Part shown: positions 14,175-27,043 of the stretch, piece by piece
Numbering within the stretch: the first letter of the stretch is position 1
Layout of the letters: every line of letters starts with the position of its first letter
Assembly: GCA_000320545.1 (NCBI GenBank)
Contig: ADNK01003007.1
Location: 3,928 to 67,927, forward strand
DNA length: 64,000 nucleotides
Direction of reading: 5' to 3'
Source: Bigelowiella natans CCMP2755
Lineage: Eukaryota; Protista; Cercozoa
The notes under the pieces: generated by a model
Told to the model about the DNA's origin: nothing
Seen by the model: the letters and a program-made list of their open reading frames with translations, nothing else
The model's database searches: none
Translations under genes and position numbers: made by a program

Positions 14175-17100
14175 ATGCACCTACATGTTCTCCTTGCTGC
14201 CGCTGCAGTGCTGCGGGCTACGGCGGAGAACAGCACCGCTGTAACGAGGACAATGACTGGAATTCACGGGGTTGTGTACAACATGCCAAAAGGAATTAGT
14301 TATAGCCCTTTGCTCGAGGCTACTGTTGTTTCAGACGAAGGTCGTTAACTTGATGTAGTTGTTGCTTATTTAGTGAGTCCAAAAATCACTAGTTCCTCAT
14401 AGGCAACCAAATGGTTTATATCGCCAACTTGAGCTCTGCTGGGAGTGCGCAAGTCGTTCAACTGGGTCAATATATAGGTCCTCTTGGGGAGGAGCAACAA
14501 AAAAAAGAATAGGATTTCTTTTGACTAGCTACATGACTCTATTTCTATGTACTAGATTCTGGGTATGTCGATGGAGATAAGGACAACGTTCGTTTTTCTT
14601 CACCCAGAGGTCCCTTTTAATTCTGCTAGAATTTGAAAAATATATCTTTATCATGAATAATTACCAATACTATTAGGCATCGTGCAAATATCGGACTCCC
14701 CGCCTACTTTCATACTTGCAGATAGTGTAAATACTTTTAAGATACTTGAATAGACCTTGCTATATCCGCATTGCTCTGCTATCTTTGGCATTCCGTGTTA
14801 ATTTTAATTTCGGTACAATTAGGGGAATCACGTGCTCCGCAAGATTGTGGCGTCGTCTCTCCACAATGTCTCGACTTCTACTCTTATTGCGAATGTAAGT
14901 AGTACAGTTTTCAAGTTTTAAATCTAGATATTTCATCAAGATCGACATGAAATATTTATCTACATTCTTCCATTTCGAATTTTTGATTAAAATATTTTTG
15001 GAAGGTTTAATATTTACATTTGAATATTGATGTAGCTTTCGCTTTGATAGATAACGTTATACTTGTCTTCTCTCGGCATTTATCATTTCGAATGAATAGG
15101 GATCTGCGTCTGGGTTCAAGGATGGCGTCGGAAAGGACGTGCTCTTCCAAATACCTTCTTACCTAGCATATTCAAGCAGCGATGAAAGGCATGCTTATCT
15201 TTGGATGTGACGGATGGGAGCTCAAAAAATGTATTTTGATTCAGGAAAGTACTTTTTGTTTCTGATACCTCTAACCATGCGATTCGTATGGTAGACTTGA
15301 AATCACTGCAGGTATGATCAAGCACTGCATGCCATAAAGACTATTTTCCCCCTGTCTTACTACTGTCCTTTCTATGATCGAAAGGTAACATCAATCGGAG
15401 CGGGCGTTTCTGGATTCATCGATGGAATCGGCCACCTAGCAGCGTTTAACAACCCAAATGGTTCAAAATTATAGTATGTCTGTTTGATAAATCGTTGACT
15501 GTCTACCAACAACTAAAGGTCTTGATGTTACCCTCTGCTGCAATAAAACCCAATACGTGTACGTGGCAGATACGAATAACTCAGTAGTTAGAAGGTAATG
15601 GAAAAACGCACGATTTCCCATTATGTATGCTTTCCGGTATTCACCAACAAGAACATGAAACGCATTTAAACGCAGCATTTAACATTGACAAGTCCGGATT
15701 CGCGAGGCTTTAAATATGGATGATTGCATGATTATTTAGGATCGAACTGACGGGAGAGAGCAACTATACAGATACTATCTCAGGGGGCGGATGCAATAAT
15801 TCCTGTAATTCCCCACAGGACGGTAAGTTTTCATTAAAACCATTTTTTAGCACAACATCTCCTCACCATATCAGCCTGATGACAGTGTACTCAGATTTGT
15901 TTCTGTAAGTGAGACTTTCTAATGGTATCAGGTTCCCTCTCGATAGCGACTTTTAAGTTTCCTTTTGGATTGGCAGTTCTGCATCGATATGGTTGATTTT
16001 CATCCAATTCATATTAAACTACGACGGAGCAGAAACAGAAGATGCGCGCGCACGAGTGTATGTGATTTCACTGTTCGTAAACAGTTTGAGAATTGACACT
16101 ATATACCTCCCATTAGTAGCATGAACCCATAATCGTATTCTAATATCAGTGATTGTATTTTAGGCTGCAGCCCCGAGGAAGGAGTTATATTTGTCACAGA
16201 TCAATATGCAGTTCGTCGTATCTCAATAGCAGAAAATGCGGTAAGGGCGTTTTCGAGACGCGCTTTTTGGGAAATTATGATTGAATAGTTTTCGATCGTG
16301 CAGCCATGTCTTCCTTTCTCACTCACAGAGTAGTTTGCCGTGTTTCTTATCTTGCCTTGATAAAGATTCAATATTACTTAAATGTCCTGCAAATTTGCTT
16401 GATTGGGAGCTTGTGTGAGTTTACATATCATCCCAACAATACAGGAACATATCTTGGTTATCTTTTCTATATGATTTGTTGAGGTGACGACTATAGCAGG
16501 CTCTTCAGTTAGTGTAGATAATGGACGCGATGGGGTAAAACTGCTGTCGTGCATGTACTTTATACATAATTATAACTACCAGCATGCAAGGAACGTGAAT
16601 AAAGATGGAAGAAATATATCAGAGTGATTAGGGAATACGATAAACCACAACGGTCAGTCATGACTACATTATTGATATTGAAGGTGGGGAGTTTCGCAGC
16701 ATTCCAGCTTCCTCTTCCTATCTTCCTATTGGACAATTCGGGGTATGAGATTCCGTCAAGAAAGAACTAGTGGGATCTTAGATGAAGAGAGTATGGGGCG
16801 AAGAAGAGGCAGAGGGGGAGAGCAAGAGACAGAAGTTTTTTATTAAAACTAAGTTCCAATAATATTTATCTCGAATATAAACTTATTTTCAGTTTCAGAG
16901 CGCAGTTTCAGATCGGCGATATCGACAGTTCTTCAGAGCCTATGGTTTGCAATACAGTCGCCTCGAGTTGCCTTTATTAAATCTGCCACATGTGACATTC
17001 ATTTCCTAATTGAAATCATGGCGGTTTATCCTTGTTTACCTTCTACCAGTCTCGCCTGGTTCGGTTAGACTACACCTACACGTCACCCGAGCCGTCTCGA

Positions 17101-20100
17101 TGTGTCATCACTGACTCCCCTTCTACAGCATCTCCATGTTAGTGTTCATTAAGCGTTCTCCTCTGCTACATACTCAACGCTACACGTGCTTGTCTTATCG
17201 CTAAGTATCTTTATTATATCTTAGCTTCAGCTCCCACCACGTCGCCGCATACGCAGTCTCCAGTAACTCTATGTCCCAGTTCTTTGTCCCCATCTTCTTC
17301 CTCCCCTATCTCGTGTACTTCCTTTATAATTGCCCATTTTAATAGCGCCTCTGTATGTTACGAGTTTGGTTGATTGGATTGCATGCACACAACACGGGTC
17401 ATATTCGAGTGAATTCATCATAATTTAAACTGCTAATCAATATCATCGTTTACTGTACGATAGCTGCTATCTCAACGGGTGCCCCCACCTCCGTGAATCA
17501 GGACGATCATTATATAGCCCCTCATATTAGCTTAAATGTCCCGCAGCCCTTCCGAATCGGCCTCAATAACGTTATCACTGCAGAAATCAAGTGGGGAGAT
17601 GACGGCAGCTCTCAACCTTCGCAGTCCTTCTCTGAACTGCTTTGTTCTTATTCATGGAAAATTGTGAGATTAGCTTCTGATTATCGCCCGAGCCTAGTCG
17701 CGCTTGAAAACAAGCACGTACACCATTCACGCCTATATGTGCCGTCGGGCACATTGGAGGCGGGGGAAAGCTACGCATTAAATTTCACTTTCAATTCCAC
17801 GAAGAGTCAAGTTGTCACTGAGTCGGTGAATTTTGAGACATTTGTTTCAAGGCTACTGCCATCAATTGAAGGAGGACAGATAAGAGAGGTGCAAAGGGGG
17901 CGAGGTCTTTCCCTTTCAGCGAGAAGCAGCTATGATCCAGATTCTGTTGCAGGTGTTTGCTAATTTTTGAATCTTTAATGTTTCTTAGAGCCTATAACTT
18001 GAGCTTAGTCGTAATACTTCAATCTCTTTTCCTTCCCTCCATCCATTTCTCTTTCTCTTCCTTTTGTTTACATCGCTCTTCAATCACTTTCTACATTTAC
18101 GGGGATATTCTTATACTTGCTAATCTCATAGATATTAAGCATTTTGTACTCTTGCTCACCACACAGCTCTCGCTTCCTTTTCGCCTTCACCAATGCCTCA
18201 TATCCGTTTGGTTATTGCAACGAAGGAACAATCCATAGCGAGCATGGTGGTGACCGCAAGGAGTTCTTTGCTTGGACGTGCAGCAAGAAACTCAAGGACA
18301 GTCAAATCCCCAAAAACATTAGCTTCGACAATACTTCGACACCGTGCAATACATCAATGTTGCAAGGACTGAATCAATCCGAACTCGTGATTTCTGGAGA
18401 TCTTTGGAATACATCCCGCTGCTACTTGTTCCAGCTTAGATTTTCGGTCGTTTCGAATGGTGGATTTTTAAGACGCGAGGAAGCTATTTCAGTGCGGATT
18501 ACAGTGGTTAAAGACTTGATCCCAAGAGTCACATTGCAAGCAAAGTCGACCATCATTCCGGTAACGAAGGCGAGTAGTATTGAACAGAAAGAAATGAATT
18601 AAAGAGACGCTTTATTTAGCTTTCATATTATCAGGAGAGTCCGTTTATGTACATCATGTCGTCTCTTCTCTTTACTCTCAGCCTATTTATCTTCCTCTTC
18701 TCTATCTCTTCTATTGATCATAGTGATATGATTGCATGTGCGCATGCATTCTTGCAGGAAAATTTTGTGTTTACGCGTATTCCTGTATGCTCTTGGTTCC
18801 TTTGCTTAGCTCTCTGCACGAGTTCAGCTGTTAGCCAATGCAGTGCCATCTCCAGATAGCAGGTCAACTGTCAGCGATTTAAGCTATCAATGGGGCTTGG
18901 AGGATTACCAGATCACTGCAGCATTTACAAACGACTCCTTTCGAGCACCGTACATCGATATAAAACTCAGCTCGTTGCTGACCGGCATTTTCCCCGCAGC
19001 GCCCAGCAGTCAGAACATCTTTGTGTTCAAGGTTTGTGTGACAGATACACGCGCGAATACCTCTACCGTAGCTACGATTTCAGTTTCGAAGGCTGAGACA
19101 CCAGTCATAACGAGTTACTCGGTCGCTCCTCTAAGAGCGCAAGCCTTTATCGAGGAGTTCAGCGCAACCATCACGGCCTCATCTGCGCATCTACCTCTGA
19201 AGTACCAGCTCTCCTTTAACACGTCGCAGGGTGGCAGGAGCGTCATCCTTCGTGGCTTCTACTTCAACCAAGCTGGTGATGATGCGCGCTTCTCACTCCC
19301 ACACGTTAACGCCACCGTCGAAGCAAAGGTAGCCCGTGCAATAAGTCGGGGGGGCAGGGGGGGAGGGGATGATGAATTTTGCCAGGAATCGGCCATAATG
19401 TTCTTCATAAAATAAGGGCAAACTTTTTATAATCTCTAACTCATTGGAATTGTTACAGGTTCAAGACGTCTTGGGGGGAACCTCCTCTGTTTTCTCGAGC
19501 CTACTTACGTCATATAAGTCCTCTCCAACAGCTTCATCTCTTGAGGCCTCCGCCGGCGATGATCGGCAGGTTTTGGTCGGAAAGATTTGCAATGGTACAA
19601 AGGACAGTTTGCATGAGTTGAGCGCCCTTGCACGCCATGCCCTTCAGGGAGACGGCATATATATTGAGCAGTCGATATATTCCGTTGTAAGCAGTGTACT
19701 GGAAGACTTAAAGACGCAACAGCGATACGAAAACCTATGGCTATTTGCCCAATTGGGGCTCGAGGTTGTCCAGGAAATGAGCGAATTAGCTGCAGCGTAC
19801 AGCACTACGATCGCAGCTTGCAATCAGATCAACGTCGACCTCAGCTCGGCAGTGATCCGAGATCATGATCAATATCAAGAACAAGGAAGAGTTATCACAC
19901 CTAGCGCTCATTTATCTGAAGTTGCTAGGGAGTTGTGGGCCCGTTTTGAAGTCGGAACTTCGGCAGTGTTGATGAATGAAGCTCCTTACTCCGTTGTAAC
20001 CCCACGGCAGGGATCGCAGTTTCTTTCGAGGCTTGTCTCCTCGACGGCTCTCAACAGCTCAGTTGGTACGGCGAAGTCCTTCGTCAACGCTACCTCTAAT

Positions 20101-22985
20101 CTCATTACAGCTATGTTGAATAACGTGGAGCAAAGCGTTGGCGACATTGACGACCATAGCAGTGTTGATGACTTTGCCAATGTGAGAAGCATAGCCAGGA
20201 AAACTAGATGTCTCAACCCTCAATTATTTGTTACTCTGTCTTTTTTCATTTCTCTTTCCGCCACTCTCTCTTCCTCTCACTCCCTGTTTTCTTTTTCACC
20301 CCTTTCACTTGAACTAGCAACTCTCCACGTTCTGTAACCGTTACTTCCCTTCATCATCAGGTGCTTTCGACAGCTCTAGAAAGAGTGAACTATAGCCGAT
20401 GCAAGGACGGGGTCAGCGAGGACGCCTGCGTTCTTACTGGGTCCGCGTGTTCTGTTGCCTCGCTGACATATAAAAGCATCGATGACCTTCTCAAGGTTCA
20501 GGCGGTACGATTAATTCCAGGTTCTGATGGAGAGGAGGTGCAACAGCCCACCTTCATCGCCAGTTCTCGATCGCGCCTCGACTCAGAGCTGATCGAGTTT
20601 GCATCGCCAAAAGTCGATGCTGCCATCCACAGAGATAGCTTCGTAGGTAGCGGTGCTGTCCGGTCTTCCTACCTGATGTCCTATGTCACATTTCCCAACA
20701 ATCTGGCCAGTCTTTCCTTTTGCCGTCCTGGATCTAGTTTTGAGAGCGAGGCGGAGCTTTCTTCTTCAACGCCTGCTTTTCCCTCCTCTCTCGCGCCTAG
20801 TTCTAACTTAGGCGATGACGTCCGAAGTAGCAGTAGTAGAGGCAGCACTAAGTCGAAGATAATTTCGGAGGTGGTGACTAGTGTCAATTTGTATTCGAAC
20901 GTGTGGGGACTTTCAAATGTGACAAAGGTTACGAGTCTGTCTTCTTTTAAGAATGGGAGCAGCACTGGAAGTGTGAAACTTAACTTCGCTGTTTCCGAGG
21001 AAATTGCCACCTCCAGCTGCGACGATGCTCACCTTCCAACAAAGTTGCTATACAGACCGGTAAGGATGCGCGCGAAGTGAAATATGTCGCTCAAATTTTC
21101 TTTTTTTAAGAGAGAATGGGTGCATATGCGTTTCAACAGCCCGTTGAAGAGCTGGTAGGATCCTTATTTATGACAATAAATGCAGCCCAATGTATTAATA
21201 TTTGTCTCTTCCCTAATCTATAGACACACCCTCATTATGGACGCCGCAACATTTTTTCCTGCTACTCTATAGGTTTGCGCGTACTGGGATACAATCGATT
21301 TACGCTGGTCAGATGAAGGATGCAGGGTGCAGCTAGCGGATTATTCAAGCGACAATGCCTCGTATCCAAGTCCCCGAGGTTTTGTACAATGCACGTGCGA
21401 TCATCTTACCGAATTTGCTGTTCTGAGGCACCAGCTCGGAGCATGCGGCCTGGAAGATGATCTAGGACAGCCTTGGAGCTTCACAGCGATGTATATGGTC
21501 TTTTCGGGATTGTATATGATCGCGTTTTGTCTTTGTGTGACGCAGTTAGCGCGTCTGCTTTCAGGATCAAGAACTGTGCTCAGCTCGCATGCGCTTTTAT
21601 TCGGGACTTGCGCACTGGTATGTTTGTTGCGAGCTCTACTCTGCCTTTTCCTCTCATCATATGACTCTAGCAAGGGGTTCAATTCACGCGATGCGCCGAG
21701 AGGTGTTACGCTGGTGCTGGTCGCTGCGCCCTACTCGCTGTCCTTCTGGATCTTTTCCTTCGCAGTCTTCCAGTGGATTTCGATTCTTCACAACAAGAGG
21801 CTGTCTCGCCGGCCCTTCGAGCGCTTTAAGAAATGGTTTGTCGCCGTGAATGTTGCCGTCGTAGCCCTTGTGTGGCTACTGTTTGGACTATTTCTCTCCT
21901 CCAAGCACCCCGGCAGCAGGGACGCATATTTGGCAGGCCCCACCTTAATGTCGTCGTTGTTTCTTTTCGCCGCCGTATCAACTCTATTCTATGGACTTCG
22001 AGTCGCGAGGAAGGTTGCAGGCATTATACCAACGAACAGATTTTCAGAGAGGAGCAGTAGAAAGGCCAGGAGGTTAAGGCTTGTGAGCGCCAACTCCTTG
22101 CGGTTAAAATCTCTCGCACTTGGAGCAGGGTTCGTTCTATTAAGCACAGCTGGCTTGGCATCTGCGTTGGCTCCCTCCAAGCGGACCCGACTCATTCTGA
22201 GCGTCGCATATTATTCAGCGGACATTATCAACGTCATCATGGTGCTCAAGATGTACAATGGCGCCATCAAAAGTAGATTGCAGAAAGTCAAGGTAAGGAC
22301 GCGCTCGACGAGGACAAAAACGGAAGGTACATCTGTGATGGCACCGAACAATCAATTGCTGTCTGGTAAGACTGGGGATCCTTCCCGATCGAGCCAATTT
22401 GATCACCGAAAAAGCTTGCCGCCGCTCTCGAAGATGTCATCGTCTCAAAGAGAAAGAGAAGTAGAGATGATGCGCAAAAGGGTTGTTTCGCCAGCGCTAA
22501 TTGACGATGGTTTTGGCATTGTCAACGAGGCAGTGTGTGACAGTTACATCAAAGAGCATCTTCCCTTCGCAGCTGACACGGCTTTAAACCCAGAATTCTC
22601 TGTCTTCCGAAGATCTTCCATCAGAGATGGCGCCCTTGTCTCTGACAGAAAGTCTGTGGATTCGGCGATGTCTCATCTCGAAGGCAAGCTGACCATCACA
22701 AGGGTGGGATCCCATGCCACGGTTTCTCATCGACGCCGTTCAAGCGGCGATGTCAGTCTGATTCTCAGCCCATCCCCTCGAAATTCATTGAAAACCGAAG
22801 AGCGGCACCGCTCCGGCGATGTGAGTCTGATTCCAAATCCGTCTCCTCGAAATTCATCAAAAACCGAAGACCACATGGCTCGCCCAGCATTCGACAGTCC
22901 ATTTGTTTCGGCAGATGACAGTGACGGTTCTAGCGCTGCTGACATGAAGCGAAGAACAACTGACCGACGTGTGTTTGCTCTCTGA
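14175..22985 (+). CDS. Adhesion-GPCR/polycystin-1-like receptor: signal peptide, NHL repeats, stalk, REJ, GAIN/GPS, 7TM, long C-tail
   Basis: ATG 14175 starts MHLHVLLAAAAVLRATA. NHL-type exons include GFIDGIGHLAAFNNPNG, YVYVADTNNSVVRR, IFVTDQYAVRRI and VTTIAG. A REJ-like segment reads PSIEGG...LSARSSYDPD, FAWTC, LSYQW. The last exon, 21273-22985, has the GPS motif CAYWD...WSDEGC...VQCTCDHLTEFAVL, then seven hydrophobic helices and the stop at 22985. Confidence 0.85.
21273..21425 (+). other. GPS autoproteolysis motif (predicted cleavage HL|T between 21407 and 21408)
   Basis: It matches C-x-Y-W...W...GC...C-x-C-x-H-L-T-x-F-A-V-L, the GPS consensus of adhesion GPCRs and PKD1. Confidence 0.9.
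22745..22870 (+). repeat. 69-bp (23-aa) in-frame tandem duplication in the receptor C-tail
   Basis: SGDVSLILSPSPRNSLKTEE and SGDVSLIPNPSPRNSSKTED; the nucleotide units start near 22745 and 22814. Confidence 0.9.
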
Positions 22986-23926
22986 TTCTTGTGCAATGAA
23001 AACGCACAATGCTGCACGCAATGTGGAATTGAAAGGAGATCAAGCAATCTTGAAATGTTTCGTTAGCCTCGCATCACTGGCATCAAATTGAAATTGCCAA
23101 ACGTTGCCATCTCATGGATGCGTGCCATTTGTGGGATGGCGTATATGGACACATATATGTCCCTATAGGCGGAAAACCTCGGGAAACTCGCGTTGTCACT
23201 AGCTAGCTAGGACAATTAAACAGCAATGTGAAGAAACAGACTAGCAGATGCCACATGTGACACATGTCTGGATGCGGTGTCGTGAAAGACACATTCATCT
23301 TCCCCAATGCAAAGCATGCCAAAACCAGCGCAGATTGCACAAATGATGGACACAACAATGTGGTGCACACATCACTAGATCATCTAGATCATGTGTGCAC
23401 CATGCATCATGCAAAACCAATTGAATGCCACCATGAACCGAAACAATGACACGAAACTGCTCACTGTAGCGGGAAAAGAAGAGCGTGGACCGCTGCGCGC
23501 TAGCGCGTGCTGCACCACACCGACAATGGGATGCAGATGCTTTCAAATGCGTGAAATACATGACAACGGAGACAAATTGACAGACACAACATGAGTGCTG
23601 TAGTCGCTGCTTTGCACAGCTACCATCATTGCATTAGGATGGCAATTCTAGCATTGAAAAGATTCGCAATCAATTCATTGCATCCGCCTCACATCTAGAC
23701 ATTCTGTGAGCTGTTTGATGATCTAAGCTTGGATTGACATTGGTCGCTGCATTGCATGTCAAAATTTGAACAATGATGACAGACATGCAACATGATGTAC
23801 ATGTCTAGATGTGCATGTGCACGTGTGTGTTTACATACATATGTACATGTGCACACAACACACCACATTGCTGTGTCCATTACATTGACTCCCGTGCAGT
23901 TATGGCGCAAAGTGCTGCACGCCATG

Positions 23927-24092
23927 AAGCGCAAGGGAGCTGATCACAGTTCTTGATCCAAGCTAGCTAGCTAGAAGCAGAGCGCTAGCTGCATCGCACA
24001 AAGAGGAAGTGCGATCACATGCAAAACTGAGAAGACCATGCACATTTCTGTGAAGCTTCAAGGCCATCCTAGATCGTCTTCCATGCCGCATG
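23927..24092 (-). pseudogene. Inverted decayed fragment of the receptor post-GPS/TM1 coding region (homologous to 21442-21596)
   Basis: The reverse complement catgcggcatggaagacgatctaggatggccttgaagcttcacag... aligns to 21442 onward (catgcggcctggaagatgatctaggacagccttggagcttcacag...). It carries a 1-nt deletion and a (CTAG)3 insertion. Confidence 0.88.
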
Positions 24093-24206
24093 ATTGTCTT
24101 GCTCTTACCTTGCTGACATTACATGTATGGTGCCGCAGGCGCGATTCGAGTAATGTGCATGTCATGGATAACTATCTAGACTATATATCCGTTTCGGCGT
24201 TGTTTT

Positions 24207-25616
24207 CTACGGAAATCTTTCTGCTCGGAGGAGTGGCTCTATAACCTGTAAATTGGCATAAATTGTTTTCCGTATTAACCATCAGAGAACGGCCATCATG
24301 TTCAATATCGCAATAAGCGTACATTATCACCAAGCGACTGACCTTTTGACTATAGACGTCAAATGCCCTGTCTTCATACATACTCTGCACGCACTTCGAT
24401 CGGAAAGAATAGAACGACATCTGGAGCATCTCTTGCGCCCTGCAGCGAAGAGAATCAAGCACAATGAACTCAACGGCAAATCCCGTCGAAACGAAACCAG
24501 AATATTAGATATTCTTCGTCAAATGGAAACACATGCAGGAGCATCGCACAGCGACTCGGCTAGATTTAGAATTTGCATGCGTCTAAACTGAGAAAAACCC
24601 AGCAATATTTGTCCTGCGTCATAGTATCACAACGTTTGTCGAGAAGGAAAAGTAACATGTAAGTAAGCCCTCACAGCATTAAATTTCCTGAAAATGTAAA
24701 CAATTTAGCTAATGCTAATTGCCACGTACCTTCCTGCCATGTCCACAAACCACTGCAGAACCTTTAAATAACGCAAATACAATCAACAATCAAAGACGCG
24801 GCTTTTTGCCGTAATCATGGCAGGTACAGAAGCCACTATTTGTACGTTTCACACAAAGTAAATGTCACACACACACACACACACAGCCATTTCATTTGTG
24901 CATTAGTGCCTTTTTCTCCCCTAAGCGCATGACGATGCAGTTTCGCTCGTTGATATCGGCATATTTTTTTTCCTAATTCAGCAAATCGACCCATCTCATT
25001 CAAAGAAATTTGGGAGAGTATCAGCCAACATCGCTACTGCCCTCTCCACTACCCCCTCTTCTCATTGATTCTTCACCTCTCCTCTCTTCTCTTCTTTTTT
25101 ATCCCTCTCTCTCTTCTTCTGGTGAGTCACGACCTCCAACAGCTTTTCATCTGACTCAATCTCGGTACTGAATCGCTCTAGCGCAGTTTTAGCTGCTGTT
25201 TTGATCTGATGTGTATTCAGTTGTTGCAAGGCGAGTAGTAAGTTGTAAGTGACGCATCAGCATAGGATACGAGTTATGCATGAAACAACGCTTTCGGATA
25301 CAGTGCTCTAACCGCACTCATCTGGGACCAATTCGGCGTGTTTCTTAAGGCGGGTCCCGTTGTACTTTTTGCTATTTTTTTCCTCAAATTCTATAAATTG
25401 CCGCATATCGCACAAAACTGTTTTCCGTGCTGCTACTGGCTAAAATTGTAGCGCAGTAACCATTTCGAGCGCCTTGATCTCATTGGCAATATTGACAGGC
25501 CCGGTGCCCTCCAACGTTTCCTATAATTGCACATCCAAAAGACTCCTCAGGTTAGAGGCTGATCAGCTCGGTAGCTACTGGGATATCAGAAACCAAAACC
25601 ATTGATATATACCCAT

Positions 25617-25656
<40 letters not shown>

Positions 25657-25977
25657 TCTTTAATTTGGAAAGCTTGCTCACCGCTGCTTCACGCTGCTGG
25701 GAAGGAAGGGAAGGACGATATCGATCGAGTGAAGAGGAATAGCATTGCAGTGATAGCGGTGGCAGCAACGTCGAAGACAATGAAAAAAACATGATCAATT
25801 GTTACTTTACATAGAGGGTAAGAGGGGGAGGACTCTTCTTTAAAGATATCATACGCTTCCCACTTGTTTGCTTCTCTCTCTTCCCCCCCCCTAACCCCCT
25901 CCCCCCCCTCTCCCCCTGTATCTCACAACCCTCATCGGCATTCTACTGCTATCATAGGCTTCCTTGGATGCCACAAG

Positions 25978-26008
<31 letters not shown>

Positions 26009-27003
26009 ACGAAAACACAAACAGAGGCAAGGCCATACCCCATCCGCAAGTAGCAGCAGCTGATTCTCAGTCATACAACAGACCCTGATCACGGTGTTTG
26101 CATGAGGGAAACAATAAATCAGATATACGATTCATCAACCGATGGGAAATTACGCCAAGATGCTCGTCTCCAACCTTCGTTTATCTTCCTTTCTTCGTCG
26201 AGACCATTTTCATCATCATCATCATTTTCATCATCACCACCACCACCACCTTACACTCTCCTCAATACTGTCAAAATCATCAATGTCGTGTCATACAATC
26301 ATCAGCCCATGCGCTTATGAAAATCACAAAATACGACGGGAGATGGGAGGAGCAGGATATGCTTTGAACGAATTGGCTTGCAATTTCTCCCTCGCATGAA
26401 ATCACAGAAGGAAACAAAACTCTTTCCCCAACAGCTGCTACGTGTAATGGTAAATACATCTCTCACCGGCAAAATCCGAACATTCGTTGTGTTTTCTCCT
26501 CAAAACTAGCAGGCACCTAGATAAGAAATAATGGCGCACACGCGCGTGTGTTGAAACTCATAGTGCACACGAACAGAGCATCCTTTACAATCTCTTGTAT
26601 AGCATCGTCACCAACATTTATTTTACTAAGTAGTGATTGCCGTCAAAAGTAGCCATTAGTACTATCTTCTCGCATATCCCCCCCCCCCCCCTTTCCAGGT
26701 TTACTCAAAAACCTGAAACTCCCTCTCAGACAGCGGGGACATAAAGAGCGCTCCGAGGATGTGACGTTTCCGCGATCCCTGCAAGGAAGAATGACGTTGC
26801 GCTCCCTATTAGCAATGGTGTTCTACGGCTGGCAGATGTTGTGAATACTGCTACTACAGCTAAGCGTTATTATAACTAGTAATATCGATGGTGATTATAA
26901 TGATGATCGTGGTGGTGATGATGGTGATGAATCCAATGCAATCTTGTTGATTGAAATAGCTCATATCCGCAAACATAATCCATAGATATAATACAAAAAA
27001 AAT

Positions 27004-27043
<40 letters not shown>

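Noticed and set aside
23020-23900. Transposable element in the TpA-poor island
   Set aside because: I saw no terminal repeats, target-site duplication or transposase/RT remnants. A repeat-library search would be needed.
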